Shown here: positions 1-9,210 of the stretch, in pieces
Position numbering within the stretch: position 1 is the first letter of the stretch
Layout: each line of letters starts with the position of its first letter
Assembly: GCA_045046875.1 (NCBI GenBank)
Contig: JASFYY010000010.1
Span: forward strand, 9,258 to 73,257
Direction: 5' to 3'
DNA: 64,000 nt
Origin: Verrucomicrobiota bacterium
GTDB taxonomy: Bacteria; Verrucomicrobiota; Verrucomicrobiia; Verrucomicrobiales; DEV007
Made by a program: the position numbers and the translations under genes
The notes under the pieces: model-generated
Told to the model about the DNA's origin: nothing
Database searches by the model: none
Seen by the model: only the letters and a program-made list of their open reading frames with translations

Positions 1-587
1 TCTCCATAAATGGTAAAATAAGACCGCCAGTCAGGTTTTTGCCTGGCCACCTCATCCATGCCTTTCACCAACAACATCTGCTCGATCGATACCAAGGGAG
101 CATTGCTGGGATAACTCGGAAATCCACGCGCCGCGTAATAATCATTCTCCGCGCCACTGGTCTTCACCTCACTGTCCTCATCAATCCAATCCGCCAGCGA
201 CTCCGCAGCGATGCTTGCTTTGGTCGCATCCAGTCCCCACAAAATAAATAATTCCCGCACCGTATCAGCCATCACCTGGTCTTCTATCGCATTAACCAAA
301 ATCCTCCCCCCCTCGGTGCCCACATAAACATCAAACCGGCGTCCATCAGGGTATTCCTGATGCAGCAGCGGATCCCCGCTTTTCATCTTAGGGTGCATCG
401 CCAAAGCTACGCCCGATTCGGCCAGTTGCCGCGCCATGAAACGTTGACGCTCAAGACTGTTTTCATCCCAGCCAAACTGCGCCGATTCCCACATCGCCGT
501 CGCCACAAATAACAATACCATCAAAGCAAACATCACCGCCAACAAAGCGATGCCCCTGACCGACTCTTTATTATTTGAAACCCTCAT
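1..587 (-). CDS. gspK: Type II secretion minor pseudopilin GspK (runs off window edge)
   Basis: Not in ORF track. My translation MRVSNNKESVRG^IALLAVMFAL...QLAESGV...TEGGRILVN; ATGA overlap with gspJ stop. Confidence 0.8.
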   Translation of the reverse strand, partial: MRVSNNKESVRGIALLAVMFALMVLLFVATAMWESAQFGWDENSLERQRFMARQLAESGVALAMHPKMKSGDPLLHQEYPDGRRFDVYVGTEGGRILVNAIEDQVMADTVRELFILWGLDATKASIAAESLADWIDEDSEVKTSGAENDYYAARGFPSYPSNAPLVSIEQMLLVKGMDEVARQKPDWRSYFTIYG

Positions 588-1588
588 CGCCCACCCCCCT
601 GTGTTGAAGCTCCATTCGTTCCATTCGCTCCGCCGTTTCCACCCCTGGCTCCAGCTCCCGTCCCCGCGGGCCTCGCTCCACCAGCGTCCCGGCTCCCTCC
701 CGCTCGCCCCCCATTACCCGTCCGTCCACCTTTACCCCTACCGTCCCCACCTCCCTTTGCCCCGTCCCGATCCGCACCCGCCGCCGGCGGTCGCTGCCCC
801 GCCGCGCCGCCCGATGAACGGCCGCTGCTGGTCCCACTCGGTTCTTCAAGCTCCGTCCCCTCACCCGCATCCGTGTTTTGCACCAGATGGCCGGGCATTT
901 CAAAAACCACCCGCAATGGCGCTGGCCGCCATGGATCCAACAAAGACAACTCCAACATTTCCGGCATCGAAGTCGACTGCCAGCTATCCGTCCAATCCAT
1001 TTGCCCGGCATCCCAATAACGCCAAGTCATCGAAACGATATTATCCAACAACGGCAACCAATACCTGCCGTCGTCATCGACCTCGAAAAACGGATCGCTT
1101 TCACCTACCCGAATCGCCATTTCCCCATCTTTAGCTATCGGCTTGAAATCCTCACGGCTCACCGCCACTTGAAACAATGGCCCCACATAATCATCCAGCT
1201 CTCCGCCCTTTTTTTCCAACTGCGGCCGCAGAGCAATGATGGTTTCCCCATCCGTATCCTCATTCACTCCCATCGCATAAGCCGTGACCGCCCCCTCAAT
1301 TTTCATCTCCTCCTGCCCGGACAAACTTTTCTCACCAGTTGTGATCGTTACCGTAGTGCCCGCCGGCAGCGATTCCAAAGTTTTGCGGTATAACCTAAGA
1401 AAACGACTCACCTGTTGATCCCTCGCATCCAGCACCCGCAGCTCCGCCGCACTGTCAGCCGCCTGCCACACCACCCCGAAAACCGAAGCCAAGATCAACG
1501 ACAAAATCACCATCGCCACCACCACCTCGATCAACGAAAAACCGCCGCGCTCACTTTTACCCTTATGCAAATTTACCTGCCCCCTCAT
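584..1588 (-). CDS. gspJ: Type II secretion pseudopilin GspJ-like, Gly-rich C-terminus
   Basis: Prepilin motif G^FSLIEVVVAMVIL; operon position. Confidence 0.75.
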   Translation of the reverse strand: MRGQVNLHKGKSERGGFSLIEVVVAMVILSLILASVFGVVWQAADSAAELRVLDARDQQVSRFLRLYRKTLESLPAGTTVTITTGEKSLSGQEEMKIEGAVTAYAMGVNEDTDGETIIALRPQLEKKGGELDDYVGPLFQVAVSREDFKPIAKDGEMAIRVGESDPFFEVDDDGRYWLPLLDNIVSMTWRYWDAGQMDWTDSWQSTSMPEMLELSLLDPWRPAPLRVVFEMPGHLVQNTDAGEGTELEEPSGTSSGRSSGGAAGQRPPAAGADRDGAKGGGDGRGKGGRTGNGGRAGGSRDAGGARPAGTGAGARGGNGGANGTNGASTQGGGR

Positions 1589-2025
1589 TTCCCCTCCTCC
1601 TCCGGCCGATAGACAATCACCTCGGCACTATCCCCCTCGCCTTCCCCTCCCCGGGTGAATACTGCCGACACCTTCAGACGATACAATCCGTCCAGTGCTT
1701 CACCCTCACTGTTGACTTCATTCAAGGCTTCCAATTCACTCCGATAGACCACCTCCAAATGGCTGTCATGACGTTCAAACGCCATCTGCTCAAGAGGGCG
1801 ATGACGAGCCTCGACCAACATCGCATCCATGCCATACTGCAACTGCATGTCGCGGGCATAAAATTTCGACGTCTCGGTGATGCGATTGATCGCGACCAGT
1901 ATCCCCGTCACCGCTATCGCAAAAACCGTCACCGCCAACACCACGTCGAGCAACAGGTAGGCTCGCTCACCCCCTTTGACAAAACGAGAGTCGGCTGATT
2001 CACTCCACATAGGATTTTTCCTCAT
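1585..2025 (-). CDS. gspI: Minor pseudopilin GspI-like
   Basis: Degenerate prepilin A^YLLLDVVLAVTVFAI; position between gspH and gspJ. Confidence 0.65.
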   Translation of the reverse strand: MRKNPMWSESADSRFVKGGERAYLLLDVVLAVTVFAIAVTGILVAINRITETSKFYARDMQLQYGMDAMLVEARHRPLEQMAFERHDSHLEVVYRSELEALNEVNSEGEALDGLYRLKVSAVFTRGGEGEGDSAEVIVYRPEEEGK

Positions 2026-2680
2026 TGATATCCCCCGTCAAAGGATGAAAACCCACCTCAAAAAAAGACCCTTGCGCCTGAATCCGAATTTTAAACGGGT
2101 CGCACATGCCCGAAGATTGAAACACCCAACGCTTGAACACCGCCCCCTGCATCGCCACCCAGTCATGATCGCCTCTCATCATGATCTCATAACTCACCCC
2201 CTGGGGTAATTGATAAGTCTGATGGTAAACACCCGCCAACTCATCACCTTCAGACAAGACCCCTTGTGCTGCACTTGCCCCCTCGCTCAAATCCCCCAAA
2301 CGTTTTTTCGAAGCGGCCTCCATCTCACGCGTCTTTTCAACAGCTTCAAGTGCTTGCACCCAGTCATCAAACTCCTGCTTGCCACCGTAGGGACTGAAAT
2401 ATTCCGCGGCATAAAATCCCTGCTGATCAAAAACAATTTGATAAGGGTGCATTTCCCTCATCGCCCGGGCGCGAACCGTGCGGGCCATCCTCACCAGCTC
2501 CGCCACCGGTTGCCGCGCTTCGTGCTGACGTTGCAAACCACTGATCGCCGGCACACTGATCCCTATCAATACCGCCAATACCGCCAACGTGATCACGATT
2601 TCCACCAGGGTAAAAGCGCGGCCAGAAAGAGCCGCACGCCCTTCCCTTGCCAACCATGACCTTTTACCCAATGTGTTCAC
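2000..2680 (-). CDS. gspH: Minor pseudopilin GspH/FimT-like
   Basis: A^FTLVEIVITLAVL prepilin motif. Confidence 0.7.
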   Translation of the reverse strand: MNTLGKRSWLAREGRAALSGRAFTLVEIVITLAVLAVLIGISVPAISGLQRQHEARQPVAELVRMARTVRARAMREMHPYQIVFDQQGFYAAEYFSPYGGKQEFDDWVQALEAVEKTREMEAASKKRLGDLSEGASAAQGVLSEGDELAGVYHQTYQLPQGVSYEIMMRGDHDWVAMQGAVFKRWVFQSSGMCDPFKIRIQAQGSFFEVGFHPLTGDINEEKSYVE

Positions 2681-3099
2681 CAGTTTCCCTGATCATCCTC
2701 ACTTTCCACTCCATCTTCCCCCAAAGTGAACAGATCGTATTTTTTCTTACTTTTTGTAGCAGGAAAACGGTATTGATACTCCTGCCCCCAAGGATCCAAC
2801 ATCATCTCCTGCAAATACTGCCGCCAACGTTGGGGTTGGGGATCTGATGTCGGTTTTTCCACCAAGGCTGCCAAACCTTGCTCCTGGGTAGGAGGCTTAA
2901 AATAATTATTCCGTTCATACTGCTGCAAAGCCAGATCCAATACCTTCAAATCCGAACCCACCCGCTCATACTTGGCATCATCGATCAGCCCGGTTAACAA
3001 ATAAATCCCTGAAGCTGCCAATATCCCTATAATCGTAAGCACAATCACCAACTCCACCAAAGTAAAAGCCCGACGTTTTTGTTTCTCTATCACCTTCAT
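2677..3099 (-). CDS. gspG: Major pseudopilin GspG
   Basis: A^FTLVEL, PPTQEQGLAALV, DPWGQEYQY, DDQGNW motifs. Confidence 0.92.
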   Translation of the reverse strand: MKVIEKQKRRAFTLVELVIVLTIIGILAASGIYLLTGLIDDAKYERVGSDLKVLDLALQQYERNNYFKPPTQEQGLAALVEKPTSDPQPQRWRQYLQEMMLDPWGQEYQYRFPATKSKKKYDLFTLGEDGVESEDDQGNW

Positions 3100-3181
3100 A
3101 CTCAATTCCTATTCGTGTTCATTAGTGTCCATCTTGACTGCCATAGCTTTAGCGAAGGATGTTAGTGGTTCCCCCTTTTCC

Positions 3182-4435
3182 CTAACCCCGTCTAGAAATC
3201 CCCGATACCGATCCAAATATAGTCGTCATTATCGAATACGCCACCACTCCGACGATAACCGCCATCACAATCAATACCACCATGGGTACAAAACTGGTCA
3301 GTCGCTCGATTCTTATATCCAACTCTTCATCATATTTTCTCGCTGATTTCACAAATGCTTTTCCCAGTTCCCCGGTCTGCTCGCCCACCGCAACCCGGTC
3401 AGTCAGAGCCAGTGGAAAAAAATCCGACTTGCCCAGTGCCTTGGCCAGCGAGCCGCCTTCTCCCACATCCAACACCACCTTGGTCAAAAGGTTTTGCATG
3501 AATACATTGGTGCTGCCACGTGCCACCAACTTCAACGCATTGAGCAAAGGCACGCCATTGCTCAAAAGATTGGCCATCGTATGACAATACTGGGCATAAA
3601 AACGTCCCGCAATCACCGGACCGAACACCGGCATCAACATCTTCACCTTGTGCCACCACAAACGCCCACCCGTGGTGCCGATAAAAATCCGGAACGCCAA
3701 AAACAAGGCGACCAACACCAACAGGATCATCCACCACCAGTTCACCATAAAGTCGCTGAAATTGATCAAAGCCTGGGTGATCATCGGCAGCTCCCCGCCA
3801 GTCTTACTGATCAACTGGGACAATTTGGGCATCAAAACCGTACTGAACACAAACAACAGCACCACACAGCCCAATAACAACACCGCCGGATAAATCATCG
3901 CTCCGGTCACCCGTCGCTGCAGTGAATACATCTGCTTCAAACTGATCGCCAAACGCTGTAATATCTCCGCCAGGGAACCGCTCGCCTCCCCCGCTGCCAC
4001 CAGATTACAGTATAGCGTATCAAAAGACGGCGATGCTTTTTTCAGCGCCAGCGAAAACCTCACGCCTTCGCGGATCTCCTCGCGCAAAACAAACGCCACT
4101 ATTTTGACCAAAGGGTTTTTTTGCCGCTCATGCAAAACCCGCAAAGCTTGCTCCAGATTGATACCCGCATCAAGCAAGTCCGCCAGATCCTCGGTGAACG
4201 TTATCACCTGCACCCGGCTCAGTTTAACCGGCCCGCTGACCTCTTTACCCACCGCCTTCTTTTTATCCCCCGCACTCTTAGTCTCCGTCTGCCCAGCTTC
4301 CGCCATCACCACCGTGATCGGGTGCAACGCTTTGGCTTCCAGCTCACGATAGGCCTCCGCCTTGCTCTTCACCGCAAGACTGCCACTCACCGTCTTCCCT
4401 CCGGAATCGACCGCTCTGTATTCAAAAGCTGGCAA
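3182..4435 (-). CDS. gspF: Type II secretion inner-membrane platform protein GspF
   Basis: Two GspF repeats (AGEASGSL, VGEQTGEL), AMIYP, three TM segments. Confidence 0.92.
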   Translation of the reverse strand: MPAFEYRAVDSGGKTVSGSLAVKSKAEAYRELEAKALHPITVVMAEAGQTETKSAGDKKKAVGKEVSGPVKLSRVQVITFTEDLADLLDAGINLEQALRVLHERQKNPLVKIVAFVLREEIREGVRFSLALKKASPSFDTLYCNLVAAGEASGSLAEILQRLAISLKQMYSLQRRVTGAMIYPAVLLLGCVVLLFVFSTVLMPKLSQLISKTGGELPMITQALINFSDFMVNWWWMILLVLVALFLAFRIFIGTTGGRLWWHKVKMLMPVFGPVIAGRFYAQYCHTMANLLSNGVPLLNALKLVARGSTNVFMQNLLTKVVLDVGEGGSLAKALGKSDFFPLALTDRVAVGEQTGELGKAFVKSARKYDEELDIRIERLTSFVPMVVLIVMAVIVGVVAYSIMTTIFGSVSGISRRG

Positions 4436-4467
4436 AATATTTACATCTGAATTTTCTATCTCAACTA

Positions 4468-6159
4468 TCAGCCCCCATCCATTGAGGTATTGGTCAGCAC
4501 TTCTTCAATCGTCGTCAGCCCCTGTTTGACCTTTGCCCATCCATCATCCCGCAAAGGTTTCATCCCATCACGCAAAGCCTGTTCCTTCATCAGCGGCACT
4601 TTGCTGCGCCCGATAATCATCTCCTGCAATTCCGCCGTCACCATGCAAATTTCAATAATCGACATGCGCCCCTTGTAGCCCGTCTCGCGACAAGCCTGAC
4701 AACCCACCGCTGCCATGATCATCTCCCTGCCCGCCAAAGGGTAAGCAATACTGGTCAGATAGCTCTCATCAAAAGAAGCCGGTGCCTTGCAATGCTCACA
4801 CAACCGCCGCACCAAACGCTGGGCCAAAAAAGCCCGCACCGAAGAGCCGATCAAAAAAGGTTCGATGCCCATGTCCATCAAGCGCGAAATCCCTCCCACC
4901 GCGTCATTGGTATGCAAAGTGCTGAACACCAAATGCCCCGTCAAAGCTCCGCGAATGGCAATCTCCGTGGTTTCAACATCACGCATCTCCCCCACCATGA
5001 TGATATTCGGGTCACCACGCAGAATACTGCGCAGCCCGTTCGCAAAAGTCAGCCCGATTTCAGGTTTCACCGCAATTTGAACCACCCCGTCCAACTTGTT
5101 TTCCACCGGATCCTCCACCGTCACGATACGTGTTTCCTTGGTGTTCAACTCCTTCAAAAAAGTGTACAAAGTCGTCGATTTGCCCGAGCCCGTAGGGCCG
5201 GTCACCAGGATAATCCCATTAGGCATCGTCAACAATTTACGAATCTTCTCCTCCGCAGCTTCGTCCATGCCCAGCATCGCCAGATCGAACTTCTGCCGGG
5301 TCAGCAAACGCAGGCTGACACTTTCTCCGTTCACCGAGGGAATCGTAGCCACCCGCACGTCGATCGGCTCCCCGTCCAGTTCCAGATTGATCCTTCCATC
5401 CTGCGGCAAGCGGCGCTCGGCGATATCCAGATGTGCCATGATCTTCAAACGTGAAATCAACGATGCCTGCAAAGTTCTCACATTGGGAGGCACCGTCACT
5501 TCCTGCAACGAACCATCCACCCGGTAGCGGATCCGCAAATTATTTTCCAAGGGCTCAAAATGAATGTCCGTCGCCCGCTCCCGCAGCGCCTGACGAAAGA
5601 TTTGATTCACAAAATTCATCACCGAAGCCTCTTCGTCCTCCTCATCGAGCACATTGACCTCCTGCCCCATTTCTCCATCATCCGTCACCTGATCACGGCC
5701 ATCCATCAACTCATCAAAATTTTCCGCCCCCACTCCGTATCCCTGTCGCAGCCCCTCCATGATCTGATAGCGCGTCGACACCGCCCAGCTCACTCGTTTG
5801 TCCAAACTGCGCCCCACCGCCTGCTTGGCTTCGACATCAAAAGGATCATAAGTCATCAGACAAATCGCTCCACTCTCCATTCTTCCCGGCAGCAAGCGGT
5901 AACGCAAAGCCAGCTTGGCCGGAAAGCGGTTGTGCAAGGGTTGGCTCAAGTCCAGTTCGGAATTCTCCAGAAAATCCAAACCTATGCCCTTGGCCAGATT
6001 GATTGCCAAACGTTTTTCCTCCACCAAATCCGACTCCAACAAAGCCTCCACCAGCGAAGAATGCCCCTTCTCCGCAGCCGCCAACACCGCTTCACAACGA
6101 GCCTGATCCACACAACCACTCTCCATCGCCAGTTGGGTCACAAGAGGTATCAGAGACAT
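4468..6159 (-). CDS. gspE: Type II secretion ATPase GspE
   Basis: Walker A GPTGSGKST, TVEDPVE, LRGDPNIIMVGEMRD, TLHTN, CxxC pairs. Confidence 0.95.
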   Translation of the reverse strand: MSLIPLVTQLAMESGCVDQARCEAVLAAAEKGHSSLVEALLESDLVEEKRLAINLAKGIGLDFLENSELDLSQPLHNRFPAKLALRYRLLPGRMESGAICLMTYDPFDVEAKQAVGRSLDKRVSWAVSTRYQIMEGLRQGYGVGAENFDELMDGRDQVTDDGEMGQEVNVLDEEDEEASVMNFVNQIFRQALRERATDIHFEPLENNLRIRYRVDGSLQEVTVPPNVRTLQASLISRLKIMAHLDIAERRLPQDGRINLELDGEPIDVRVATIPSVNGESVSLRLLTRQKFDLAMLGMDEAAEEKIRKLLTMPNGIILVTGPTGSGKSTTLYTFLKELNTKETRIVTVEDPVENKLDGVVQIAVKPEIGLTFANGLRSILRGDPNIIMVGEMRDVETTEIAIRGALTGHLVFSTLHTNDAVGGISRLMDMGIEPFLIGSSVRAFLAQRLVRRLCEHCKAPASFDESYLTSIAYPLAGREMIMAAVGCQACRETGYKGRMSIIEICMVTAELQEMIIGRSKVPLMKEQALRDGMKPLRDDGWAKVKQGLTTIEEVLTNTSMDGG

Positions 6160-6493
6160 AAAGTTAACAGATCAGTTGGAAAAAACACAGTGATACCTGT
6201 GTGCTACACAAAATCACTGAATATTACAACCCCGATCATCAGCAAATAGTTTCGCGCCAACTGTAAAAAACAAAAAACGATACGAGTCGAGCGAAGCAGA
6301 AAAATCCTCCAGAGGCCTCAACACCTCACTGGAAGGAATCCTCCGGCTAAAAACATCAGTGCCGGTTACAGGACAAAAAAGTTAGCCATTGGTTTTTGAA
6401 AGCTACCTTATCACACATCAACATCATTTCGCCCGTTGCCTTCGGCTGTCTACGCTACGCTCCGGCTCAGGGCTGGCAATAAAAACGATTTAA

Positions 6494-6640
6494 CCCCGGC
6501 GCTTCGCACTGGGTTATCACATTTTTTCCTTTCAGGACAGTTTGCTTTCATCTCTTCGCACCAACGGTGCTCAATGAGATAGCCCAGTGCGAAGCGCTGG
6601 GTAAAAAACCCAACTCTTCCAGCCCTGCAAAGGGCGAAAC
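6494..6640. repeat. REP-like inverted repeat cluster
   Basis: ccggcgcttcgcactgggttatc is inverted to gatagcccagtgcgaagcgctgg; small hairpins gcaccaacggtgc and gccctgcaaagggc; intergenic. Confidence 0.55.
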
Positions 6641-6772
6641 GCATAGCAGTCAGCAGCTTAACTTTTCTGTCTTACACTCATCAGTGCCTATCAGTGCAAA
6701 TCAGTGGTTAACCCATTCCCATATTCACTCCCCTCGTCTCCGTTTACCTGCATCCATCCCACCAACTCCAAT

Positions 6773-8347
6773 TCAAGGCAGTTGCGGCGCCAACACCTTG
6801 CCCGCATCATCCACCGGATAAACCGCCTGATGTTTTTTCAACTGCGCAATCAACCCCTCCATCATCCGCTTAAGCTCCACGGGTTTGCTATCGGCCAGGT
6901 TAGTCGATTCAAAAGGATCCTCCGCTAGGTTAAACAGTTGGTAATGCCCACCCTCGAACTGGATGTGTTTGCCCGTAGTCGGTATTTTTGGCAAAGTGTG
7001 ATAGATCACCTTCCAGTCACCATCACGCCAGGTAGTGAAATAGTTGCTGCGGTGAATCCCGTGCGGGTAATGCATCAGAAATTGTTGCGGCCGCGAGCTG
7101 TCACCCTTACCACTCAGCAAGGTTTGCAAAAGCTGCCCGTCCACCGGATAATCTTGTGGTGCCTTGGCTCCCGTGAATTCAAGGATCGTAGGAAACAGGT
7201 CAGGCACCGAAGCCACCTGCCCCTGAATCACCCCATGCGGAATCGGCAGTTTTTTCTGCCACCGGTTCTGTGGATTCTCTTTTGCCCAGGCCGCGATGAA
7301 AGGCACCCGCATCCCGCCCTCGTAATGCGCGCCTTTTTTCCCGCGTAAAGGAGCCGCACAAGCCACCACGTGCTGATCCCCCAGAGGGGCATCGCTGCCA
7401 TTGTCGCCGAGGAAAAAAATCAGCGTATTCTCTGCGATACCAAGATCTTCAAACTGATCCATCATGTCTCCCAGCGATTTATCCATACCCTCCACCAAGG
7501 TGGCAAAAGCCTGCGCCTGCTTGGATTTGCCCGAATCTTTATAATGATCCGCAAAACGCGGGTCGCAATTAAAAGGCGCGTGCAATGCGTAATGGGAAAA
7601 ATACAGATAAAAAGGTTTGCCGCTTTTCACCGATTCGGCCACCGCCTTTTTGGTCTCGATCGTTAACGCCTCGGTCAGGAAAGTATCACTGCCATGATAT
7701 TTTTCCAAATGAGGCACCGCATGGCCCCGCCGTTTTTTATTCGCCCCGTAATTTTTTTCACCAAAATAACTGCCCGGAGCGCCAAAAGACGAACCTCCGA
7801 TATTAACATCAAAGCCCAGATTCAACGGCTCCTGCCCATCGTGATCCCAAGGACCAAAATGCCCCTTGCCCACATGAATCGTCCGGTAGCCACTCTTACG
7901 CAATACCCCCGGCAAGGTCACATCGCCCTTTTTCAAACCTTCCCAGTTCCAATCCGGCGCACCGTTTTTGCCCGCATTATTATTGTTCTCGTTGATCCAA
8001 TTGGTGGTGCGGTGACGAGCCGCATTCTGCCCGGTCATGATCGAAACCCGGGTCGGCGAGCAAACACTCATCGCATAAAACTGATTGAACCGAATCCCCT
8101 GCTTCGCCAGGCGCTCCATGCTCGGAGTGCGGTAATAATCGTTCAAAGGGTAGCGTTTGGCTTTGCCCTGCTTGTCCGTGAGAAAAGGCAGCGACGTATC
8201 CATCACCCCCATATCATCCACCAGAAAGACCATGATATTAGGCTGATCCGCCGCCTGGGACCGGGTTAGCGGGGTAAAAACAAGCACACAAAATAACAAA
8301 ACTGACTGGAGGGATTTCATAGGATATATTCTCAATCCAGAATCCAT
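6773..8347 (-). CDS. Sulfatase (S1 family, arylsulfatase-like), secreted
   Basis: PNIMVFLVDDMG, CSPTR formylglycine motif, GKGH, GDNG, YEGGMRVP; signal peptide. Confidence 0.93.
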   Translation of the reverse strand: MDSGLRIYPMKSLQSVLLFCVLVFTPLTRSQAADQPNIMVFLVDDMGVMDTSLPFLTDKQGKAKRYPLNDYYRTPSMERLAKQGIRFNQFYAMSVCSPTRVSIMTGQNAARHRTTNWINENNNNAGKNGAPDWNWEGLKKGDVTLPGVLRKSGYRTIHVGKGHFGPWDHDGQEPLNLGFDVNIGGSSFGAPGSYFGEKNYGANKKRRGHAVPHLEKYHGSDTFLTEALTIETKKAVAESVKSGKPFYLYFSHYALHAPFNCDPRFADHYKDSGKSKQAQAFATLVEGMDKSLGDMMDQFEDLGIAENTLIFFLGDNGSDAPLGDQHVVACAAPLRGKKGAHYEGGMRVPFIAAWAKENPQNRWQKKLPIPHGVIQGQVASVPDLFPTILEFTGAKAPQDYPVDGQLLQTLLSGKGDSSRPQQFLMHYPHGIHRSNYFTTWRDGDWKVIYHTLPKIPTTGKHIQFEGGHYQLFNLAEDPFESTNLADSKPVELKRMMEGLIAQLKKHQAVYPVDDAGKVLAPQLP

Positions 8348-8441
8348 TTAAGCAAGCGCATTTGCTAACAGCCGCCTCGCGCTAAAGCGCACCACGTAAA
8401 ATGGATTGCCAATCCGTTCCGTTTCACACTCAGCGTGAATC

Positions 8442-8816
8442 TCATGATGCTTTTGCCGCAGGGATGCTGCACAGCACCACCTGCGTAACAGCCATTCCCA
8501 AAACCCCGAGAACCACGTAGAAATCAAACACCATGCTATCTTTGAATAAGTGCGACAATCCGGTGTAAATGATCCCTATCACAACCAGAAGGCGGGTGAT
8601 TTTTGCCAAAATGACGAAACGAGAATTTAAAGGAAGACGATAGCTGGCGACCACACTCCAGAGTATGAGTGCGTATAACACGCTCAAAAACGCAGACAGG
8701 TAGAATTCGTCTTTATAGTGGGAAAAATACACGACTACGCCAAAACCAATAGCGCCGAACGCATGCGAAAAGACACTCTCTTTTTTTATATTAGGCGTAG
8801 ATGGCATAATTTCCAT
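8442..8816 (-). CDS. Hypothetical membrane protein (4 TM)
   Basis: Hydrophobic ORF; TTGACT-N17-TAAATG promoter-like sequence upstream. Confidence 0.6.
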   Translation of the reverse strand: MEIMPSTPNIKKESVFSHAFGAIGFGVVVYFSHYKDEFYLSAFLSVLYALILWSVVASYRLPLNSRFVILAKITRLLVVIGIIYTGLSHLFKDSMVFDFYVVLGVLGMAVTQVVLCSIPAAKAS

Positions 8817-8850
8817 TTACAAAAAACCAGCCGTCGAGTCAATACCCCAC

Positions 8851-8920
8851 GTAGGATAGATTTCCATATCTGTCTTCCCTGCTGGCCGCTACAACGGACA
8901 GATATGGAAATCTATCCTAC
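8851..8920. repeat. GTAG-type REP doublet (perfect 24-bp inverted repeat)
   Basis: GTAGGATAGATTTCCATATCTGTC (8851-8874) / GACAGATATGGAAATCTATCCTAC (8897-8920). Confidence 0.8.
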
Positions 8921-8972
8921 CCCAATCTTTGCGCAGCCCCCGGCTTGCCAGCCGTAGCCTTGGCGAAGGCTG

Positions 8973-9016
8973 GTGGAGCATACCGGAATCGAACCGATGA
9001 CCTCCTCAATGCCATT
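8973..9016. repeat. Prophage att core, left copy (displaced 3' half of tRNA-Ala)
   Basis: 44 bp identical to 50492-50535. Confidence 0.95.
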
Positions 9017-9177
9017 AACCATGCCTTGGAAGAATTTTCAGTGGGCAAAAACTGCTCTAGCCCACATACCAGCAAAGGATTCCAGCCCTTTACTATATGA
9101 GATTCAGAAGATTTTACCCCACCGCCCCGAGCAATCGAACCTCTTATATTTCCGGTCAACGAGCAAGATAAAGATGG

Positions 9178-9201
9178 AAAGTGCTTCTGAAAAGTGCTTC
9201 C
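9178..9201 (+). promoter_or_regulatory. Putative integrase arm-type binding sites (left)
   Basis: aaaGTGCTTCtgaaaaGTGCTTCc, matching 50411-50433. Confidence 0.65.
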
Positions 9202-9210
9202 ATGCTTAGC

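Noticed and set aside
550..1134. Pro/His-rich + strand ORFs here and across the window (e.g. 20730-21986, 36091-36882)
   Set aside because: Antisense shadows of motif-bearing minus-strand genes; their composition reflects the C-rich strand
8971..9016. Second tRNA-Ala gene
   Set aside because: Only the 3' half is present; it is the att duplication
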